From Candidatus Methanophagales archaeon (GTDB lineage Archaea; Halobacteriota; Syntropharchaeia; Alkanophagales; Methanospirareceae), in assembly GCA_017883965.1 (NCBI GenBank), contig JAFNKG010000006.1, positions 1-63,679 of the forward strand: 63,679 bases of DNA, given 5' to 3'. The notes under the pieces were generated by a model, which made no database searches, was not told the DNA's origin, and saw only the letters and a program-made list of their open reading frames with translations. Made by a program: the position numbers and the translations under genes. Below are positions 57,662-63,679 of this stretch, piece by piece. Positions within the stretch are counted from its first letter, which is position 1; each line of letters begins with the position of its first letter.

Positions 57662-59595
57662 TGGCACAGATATTGGTTGTTGAAGATGAAAGGGTTGTTG
57701 CCGAAGACATACAAAGAAGCTTGCAGAGTTTTGGATATGCTGTTCCCGCAATAGTGGCTACCGGAGAGGATGCTATTAAAAAGGTAGAAGAGTATAAACC
57801 GGATATAGTCCTGATGGATATTGTACTACGGGGTGAAATGGACGGAATTGAAGCTGCTAACCAAATACGCTCCCGTTTCAATATCCCTATTATATATCTC
57901 ACTGCGCATACAGATGAAAAAAGGCTGAAGCGGGCAAAAATAACTGAGCCTTTTGGATATATTATCAAACCCTTCGAAGATAGGGAAGTATATACCGCCA
58001 TTGAGATGGCTCTCTACAAATATGGGATGGAGAAGAAATTAAAAGAGAGCGAAAAGTGGCTTTCCATAACACTCAAGAGTATCGGCGATGCAGTGATTGC
58101 CACGGACACAAAGGGTTATGTGATATTTATGAATCTTGTTGCCCAGTCCTTGACCGGCTGGAAGCATGAAGAGGCTGTCGGGAAGCCACTGAAAGATATC
58201 TTCAACATTATAAACGAAGAAACAGGTAAACAGGTCGAGAATCCCATAAAGAAGGCAATCCAAGAAGGTATTGCCGCTGATCTGACGAATCGTGCTTTAT
58301 TAATAGCTAAAGACGGAATGAAAACGTCTATTGAGGATAGCTGTGCGCCAATTAGAGATGACAAAGGGGACATCGTTGGTGGCGTCCTGGTTTTCCGTGA
58401 CATTACCGAGCGCAAATGGGCAGAGGAGGAGCGAGAAAAGATGCAAGCCCAGCTCCTCCAGGCGCAGAAGCTGGAAGCTATTGGAAGATTGACTGCCGGG
58501 ATTGCCCATGACTTCAACAATATGCTGTTAGTTATTCAAGGGTACACCAATATGTTGATGATGAAAGTTGATGAGACAGACCCTTTGCATGGGTATCTGA
58601 AGGAGATATATCTTACCTGTACGTCTGTGGCTGACCTCATCAGTAAGTTGCTTCTTTTCAGCCGCAAGCAGCCAATGAAGCTTACCTCGCTCAATATCAA
58701 CAGGGCGGTTGATGACTTGCTAAAGATGCTCAACCGCCTCATCGGTGAGAACATTGCCGTCAGCACTGACCTGGAGCCAGACCTCTGGATGGTCCGAGCT
58801 GATGAAGGAAATATTGAGCACGTGATTATGAATCTGGTGGTCAATGCCAGAGATGCCATGTCCATGACTAACGGCGGGAATCTCACTATCAAGACCGAAA
58901 ATGTGACCCTGGACGAAGACCTCTGCAAGGTTATCCCCGAAGCGCGACCCGGCAAATTTGTTTCTCTCTCTGTTGCGGACACCGGTGTCGGCATGGATAA
59001 AAAAACCATTCAGCGCATCTTTGAACCTTTTTTTAGCACCAAGGATGCTGGTGCGGGTACCGGACTTGGACTGTCCGTTGTCTATGGCATTGTCAAAGAG
59101 CACGGAGGATGGATAAATGTTTACAGTGAGCCCGGGCAAGGCTCAACGCTCAAGTTCTACCTGCCTGCTTTTTCCGTAAAGCAAAAAGATGAAACTGAAG
59201 AGAAGATTTTGTTGCAGGAACTTCAGGGCAGTGGCGAACGGATTCTGCTGGTGGAGGATGAAGAAAAAGTCCGTGATGTTATCACAATGATGCTTCGTGA
59301 AAACGGCTACATTGTATTTGGGGCTGCAAGTGCGGGAGAGGCGCTGGACATCTTTGAGCGAGAAAAGGGGAAGTTCCACATGGTCTTCATCGACGTGGTC
59401 CTACCCGATAAAAGCGGTCTTCAATTGGTTGACCAACTCCTTTCTCGCAAACCCGAACTCCCGGTCCTGCTGAGCAGTGGCTACGTAGATTCAAAATCGC
59501 ATGGGTCCGTCATACGCAAAAGAGGATTTCGATTTCTACAGAAACCTTACGCCTTAACCGAACTGCTTCGTGCTATTAGAGAAACTATAGAATAG
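57661..59595 (+). CDS. Hybrid REC-PAS-HisKA-HATPase-REC kinase
   Basis: GIAHDFNN, NLVVNARDAM, GTGLGL, two receiver domains. Confidence 0.93.
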   Translation: MAQILVVEDERVVAEDIQRSLQSFGYAVPAIVATGEDAIKKVEEYKPDIVLMDIVLRGEMDGIEAANQIRSRFNIPIIYLTAHTDEKRLKRAKITEPFGYIIKPFEDREVYTAIEMALYKYGMEKKLKESEKWLSITLKSIGDAVIATDTKGYVIFMNLVAQSLTGWKHEEAVGKPLKDIFNIINEETGKQVENPIKKAIQEGIAADLTNRALLIAKDGMKTSIEDSCAPIRDDKGDIVGGVLVFRDITERKWAEEEREKMQAQLLQAQKLEAIGRLTAGIAHDFNNMLLVIQGYTNMLMMKVDETDPLHGYLKEIYLTCTSVADLISKLLLFSRKQPMKLTSLNINRAVDDLLKMLNRLIGENIAVSTDLEPDLWMVRADEGNIEHVIMNLVVNARDAMSMTNGGNLTIKTENVTLDEDLCKVIPEARPGKFVSLSVADTGVGMDKKTIQRIFEPFFSTKDAGAGTGLGLSVVYGIVKEHGGWINVYSEPGQGSTLKFYLPAFSVKQKDETEEKILLQELQGSGERILLVEDEEKVRDVITMMLRENGYIVFGAASAGEALDIFEREKGKFHMVFIDVVLPDKSGLQLVDQLLSRKPELPVLLSSGYVDSKSHGSVIRKRGFRFLQKPYALTELLRAIRETIE

Positions 59596-59603
59596 AGCCA
59601 AGC

Positions 59604-59860
59604 TAAACGTAATCTCTCAATATCTTGTGGACGAAATCCTAAGCACTAAATCCGAATAAGCCCTTTCAGGGCTTGCGGGGACATGGGCGGAGCCCATGAC
59701 TAAACAAATCCTAATAACCAAAATTACAAATTCAAAACTAAGCCCTTTACAAAGTCTTACAGGCTCGTATGGTGGTTTTGTTATTTGAATTTAGAATTTT
59801 GAAATTGTTTAGGGTTTAGAAATTAGAGTTTAGGATTTTCCCCTCTTTATTGAGCAAATA
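59604..59860. repeat. Inverted copy of the 44476-44726 element, with nested 44-bp REP
   Basis: TAAACGTAAT..CTCAATATCTTGTGGACGAAATCCT matches the reverse complement of 44690-44726. Confidence 0.8.
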
Positions 59861-59872
59861 CAGCTAAAAGGG

Positions 59873-61624
59873 TCAAGTTCTTATTCTACGTGATTGCGTA
59901 TAGGCTTCTTCTAATTTCCTTATTCTCTCTTCCACCAGACATTTAGTCACACTCTTCCGGGGAATACCCATCCTCTTTGCAATGTCTGAATCCCTGTAAC
60001 CCCTTGCATGCAAATCTCTTATCTCCATAATCTGTTTTGGGTTCAACCTCACTTCTTCTTCTTCTTCTCTTCTTACTTCTTTCTCCGGATGCGTAATACC
60101 CGTCTTTTGTAAATCCGGATGCGTAATACCCGTCTTTTGTAAACGCAGATGCTCAAAAGCCATATTTCGTGCCATCATCCTCCTCTTTGCAAGGTCTGAC
60201 TCACTCTCTTCTTCATGCAATTCTTCTTTGCTCCGCTGAATCTTTTCTAAGGCATTTTCAGCCGCTTTTCTAACATCCTCATTCTCGACTTTTGATGCTT
60301 GAATGAGAGGTTCAACAGCTTTCTTATCTCCTATCTCTCCAAGAGCCTCGGCAGATCCCTTCTGAACATTCGTATCCTTGTCTCTCAAAGCAGAAATAAG
60401 AGGTTCAACTGCTGGTTTCCCTATCTTAGCAAGGGCTTCTGTCGCACACAACCGAACGTCCTCCTTTCCATCTGTAAAAGCAGAAATGAGAGGTTCAACA
60501 GCTCTTTCATCTCCTATTTTTCCAAGAGCTTCTGCTGCACTTTTCCGAACATCCCCCTTTATATCTTTCAATGCTTGAATGAGAGGTTCAACAGCTCTTT
60601 CATCTCCTATCTCTCCAAGAGCCTCTGCCGAACACCACCGAACACTCTCCTCCTCATCTTTCAATGCAGGAATGAGAGGTTCAACAGCTCTTTTATCTCC
60701 TATCTTTATAAGTGCCTCTGTCACACTCCACTGAATATCTAAATTTTCATCTATTAAAGCAGAAATAAGAGATTCAACAGCTCTTGCATCTCTTATCTCT
60801 CCAAGAGCCCATGCCGCACCCAACCGAACATTCTCCTCCTCATCATCCATGGCATGAATAAGAGGTTCAACTGCTGGTTCTCCTATCTTACCAAGAGCCT
60901 CTGCCGCACTCTTCCGAACATTACTCTTTTTATCTTTCAAAGTTTGAATAAGAGGATCAATTGCTTTTGTACTTCCTATCTTACCAAGAGCCTCTGCCGC
61001 ACTCTCCCGAACATCCTCCTCCTCCTCTTTCAACGTTTGAATAAGAGGATCAATTGCTCGTGTATCTCCGATCTTACCAAGAGCCTCTGCCGCACACATC
61101 CGAACATTCCAATCCTTATCCTTCAACGCCAGAATTAGGGGGTGTTCCTTACCCCTCGCCTCCGCCTCTTTTATAATTTCCTCTCTTTCCTTTTCTTCTT
61201 TCCTCTCCTCCACCACCTCCAGGATATATTGTCCCAGCGTATCGAATAGAACATTTGGATTGCCAACCTTCTTGGTGATATATCTGCTCGCCCCTTTATT
61301 TAATGCCTCCATCGCCACATTCTCGGCTCCTTTCCCGGTGAGGATGATAAAAGGAATGTCGTTTCCTTTCTTCCTCAGCGCCTCCAGAAATTCGAGCCCA
61401 CTCATCCCCTGCATCTTGTAATCAGCAACAATAACGTCAAAATTTTCCTCTTCCAATATTTCCAATGCCTGCTCCGCGGATAATACCGGTGTGATTTTGA
61501 AACAATTATAGCCCTTATTTTGTAGATACAATCTAGTTATCTCGAGCACTCTCTTCTCATCATCCACATGCAAAACCCGTATCAGTCTTGACTTCGAATC
61601 CTGATGCTGGGAATCATTTGCCAT
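59873..61624 (-). CDS. REC domain + HEAT/PBS-lyase repeat + C-terminal HTH protein
   Basis: VLHVDDE..ADYKMQ; about 10 VRxxAAEALGKIG repeats; RDSDIAKRMGI. Confidence 0.88.
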   Translation of the reverse strand: MANDSQHQDSKSRLIRVLHVDDEKRVLEITRLYLQNKGYNCFKITPVLSAEQALEILEEENFDVIVADYKMQGMSGLEFLEALRKKGNDIPFIILTGKGAENVAMEALNKGASRYITKKVGNPNVLFDTLGQYILEVVEERKEEKEREEIIKEAEARGKEHPLILALKDKDWNVRMCAAEALGKIGDTRAIDPLIQTLKEEEEDVRESAAEALGKIGSTKAIDPLIQTLKDKKSNVRKSAAEALGKIGEPAVEPLIHAMDDEEENVRLGAAWALGEIRDARAVESLISALIDENLDIQWSVTEALIKIGDKRAVEPLIPALKDEEESVRWCSAEALGEIGDERAVEPLIQALKDIKGDVRKSAAEALGKIGDERAVEPLISAFTDGKEDVRLCATEALAKIGKPAVEPLISALRDKDTNVQKGSAEALGEIGDKKAVEPLIQASKVENEDVRKAAENALEKIQRSKEELHEEESESDLAKRRMMARNMAFEHLRLQKTGITHPDLQKTGITHPEKEVRREEEEEVRLNPKQIMEIRDLHARGYRDSDIAKRMGIPRKSVTKCLVEERIRKLEEAYTQSRRIRT

Positions 61625-61691
61625 TTTACTTATTTTAATTATATTTGTAAATCATTTATATATAAATGTTTGTATTGTGATTTTGGATTTT

Positions 61692-62531
61692 CTATGAATT
61701 TTTTGAATTTTTCTTATATATTCTTTCTCTCGTATTAACGCACACAAATTTATCTTTCGCTTCTCCGGTCATTGTCTCGGTCCTGCCTATAATCAAGTAG
61801 CCTCCGTCGTTCAACGCATCGTAAAAGTCGAGAAGCAACCTGCTTTGAAGCTCCCTTCCGAAGTATATCATGACGTTCCTGCAAAAGATGAGGTCAAAGT
61901 GCGAGAACTTCTTGCCCGATATAAGGTCGTGTTTCTGGAACCTCACAAAATGCTTCACTTTGTCCTTTATGCGGTATTTGTCGTTCCCATCCACCGAATC
62001 AAAATATTTAGATATGCGGGATTTATCAATTTTTTTCAGCGCCTCAGCATCATAAATACCCGCTTTGGCGGCACTTAGTGCTTTTCCGTCAATATCCGTC
62101 GCTTGTATCGAAATAACGAATTCATTTAGCGTCGGACCAAGTTTTTCGTACAGAATAATGCCTATCGTATATGGCTCTTCACCGATGGAACACCCCGCAC
62201 TCCATATCCTCAATATCCTGCTTTTTCGCTTTGTCTTCTCGGCAAGCAGTTGTGGCATCACCTCTTTTTTGACGGCATTAAACGTATCCACGTCCCTGAA
62301 AAATTCCGAGACGTTTATTGTTATTCCGTCCAGAAGAGTATCGTATTCAGAAGGGTTTTTTTCTAAAAACCGGTAGTATCCGGTGTACGAAGGATCAATA
62401 CCTATTGCTTTTATCCTAAGAGCTATTCTTCGCTTTAAGTAGTTATCCTTGTATTTACTGCAATCTACACCCGTTCTATCCAATATTTTCTTCTTTAAAA
62501 GATTAAAGCCGAGTTCATCGTTCGATATCAT
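61692..62531 (-). CDS. cheR: Chemotaxis methyltransferase CheR
   Basis: INVSEFFRD, WSAGCSIGEEPY, IFCRNVMIYF. Confidence 0.96.
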   Translation of the reverse strand: MISNDELGFNLLKKKILDRTGVDCSKYKDNYLKRRIALRIKAIGIDPSYTGYYRFLEKNPSEYDTLLDGITINVSEFFRDVDTFNAVKKEVMPQLLAEKTKRKSRILRIWSAGCSIGEEPYTIGIILYEKLGPTLNEFVISIQATDIDGKALSAAKAGIYDAEALKKIDKSRISKYFDSVDGNDKYRIKDKVKHFVRFQKHDLISGKKFSHFDLIFCRNVMIYFGRELQSRLLLDFYDALNDGGYLIIGRTETMTGEAKDKFVCVNTRERIYKKNSKNS

Positions 62532-62755
62532 ATCCTACCTCGTGCATGCATACAAAGAACAAATCTCTTATAAAAGATAAGAAATTGACATTGATATAAA
62601 AGTGTATCTTATATCGAAATATTTTTTACAAATAAACCCTTTTAGAAAAAGCGTTTACGGGAAAAACATAGTTTCTTTGATAAAACTTTTCTAAAGAAAA
62701 GATTTATACGGAAAAGAAAGTTTGTATGGAAATCTGTGAAATCTGTGGTTATAAA

Positions 62756-63421
62756 ATGAAGGCGATTATACCGTTTAAGAAGGAAGGAGCAAAATCGAGA
62801 TTGGGCGATTTTTTAAACGAAAAAGAGAGAGAAGAACTCGCCATAAGAATGCTAAAGGATGTTTTAGCCGCGTTATCAGAATCGGAGATAGAAGAGGCGG
62901 AGATAATTTCAACATGCTCCTCCGGGGGAGAAATGATAGAAGAATTGAAGTCAGATTTGAAGTTAAAGCTGACGGTTAGAGAGGATGGGAGAGGGCTGAA
63001 CGAGGTGCTAAACGAAGTGATAAAGGAGGAAAACGAGCCGGTGCTGATAATAATGGCTGATATTCCGCTGGCAACGCCCAAAAGCATAAATGAACTCATC
63101 GAGCATGAGGAGGATGTGGTGATAGCACCGGGTAGAAAAGGAGGCACAAACGCTTTGTTCTTACGCAGACCTTCTGACTTCTCTGTTTCTTATTATGGGA
63201 TTAGCTATTCGGAGCATATAGAAGCTGCGAAGCGGAGGAATTTGAGCCATGCAGTTTACGATTCTTTTTTTATCAGTGCGGATATAGACGAAGTAGAGGA
63301 CTTTATAGAGTTATTGGTTCACGGTAAAGGTAAAGGCTTCTCGGCTGAATATCTACGCGAAATTGGCGTTTTTCTTCGTGTGGATAAAAATTCGAAGATG
63401 CAGGCAGAGGTGGATAGATAA
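62756..63421 (+). CDS. cofC: 2-phospho-L-lactate/PEP guanylyltransferase (F420 biosynthesis)
   Basis: IPFK..AKSRL, MADIP, GGTN, DID. Confidence 0.92.
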   Translation: MKAIIPFKKEGAKSRLGDFLNEKEREELAIRMLKDVLAALSESEIEEAEIISTCSSGGEMIEELKSDLKLKLTVREDGRGLNEVLNEVIKEENEPVLIIMADIPLATPKSINELIEHEEDVVIAPGRKGGTNALFLRRPSDFSVSYYGISYSEHIEAAKRRNLSHAVYDSFFISADIDEVEDFIELLVHGKGKGFSAEYLREIGVFLRVDKNSKMQAEVDR

Positions 63422-63679
63422 GTAACCTCACTCTGTCTTTAAAAAATTCCAAATCCTAAGCACCAAAGCCCAAACAAACCCCAAATCCTAATTTCAAAAT
63501 TCAAAAACAAACCTTTCTTTAAAAAGAAAGCTTTACCAAAGAAACTTTTCTTTTTGCTTTTTACGAAGCAAAAAGTTTGTTTTGGACATTTGGATTTTGA
63601 TATTTGCCCTTTGTGTCATATGACACCTGGTTCATGAAGGCATCTTTCTCTATAAATAGGTGATGCACATGAATCGGGA

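Overview
Archaeal chromosomal window. The gene content (mfnB, mptE, fae-hps, cofC, methanogenesis marker 6, isopentenyl phosphate kinase, a Tes-like radical SAM enzyme, RFC, RLI/ABCE1) points to a methanogen-lineage euryarchaeon, plausibly ANME-1/Methanophagales (inference). 1-16.5 kb is an AT-rich accessory/defence-like region: IS66 and IS5 elements, small RHH/HTH genes, an unusual pyrE-like + membrane protein + pyrF-like operon, HhH and radical SAM genes, a TPR-metallo-beta-lactamase, an NDT-like protein and HsdS/DUF1016 remnants. 16.7-44 kb is mostly housekeeping, with tRNA-Ile(GAT), several toxin-antitoxin modules and a decayed CRISPR-Cas remnant. In that remnant two 37-bp repeats enclose a 450-bp gene-containing 'spacer', which reduces to a normal 36-bp spacer if a 414-bp unit bounded by 16-bp direct repeats is removed. 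44.7-62.5 kb is a complete archaeal chemotaxis cluster, most of it bracketed by inverted copies of a ~250-bp element. Several small palindromic repeat families are dispersed through the window. One has inserted into coding sequences, adding peptides to RLI and MptE and fusing an MNT antitoxin to its HEPN partner. All assignments come from motif recognition by eye; no searches were run.
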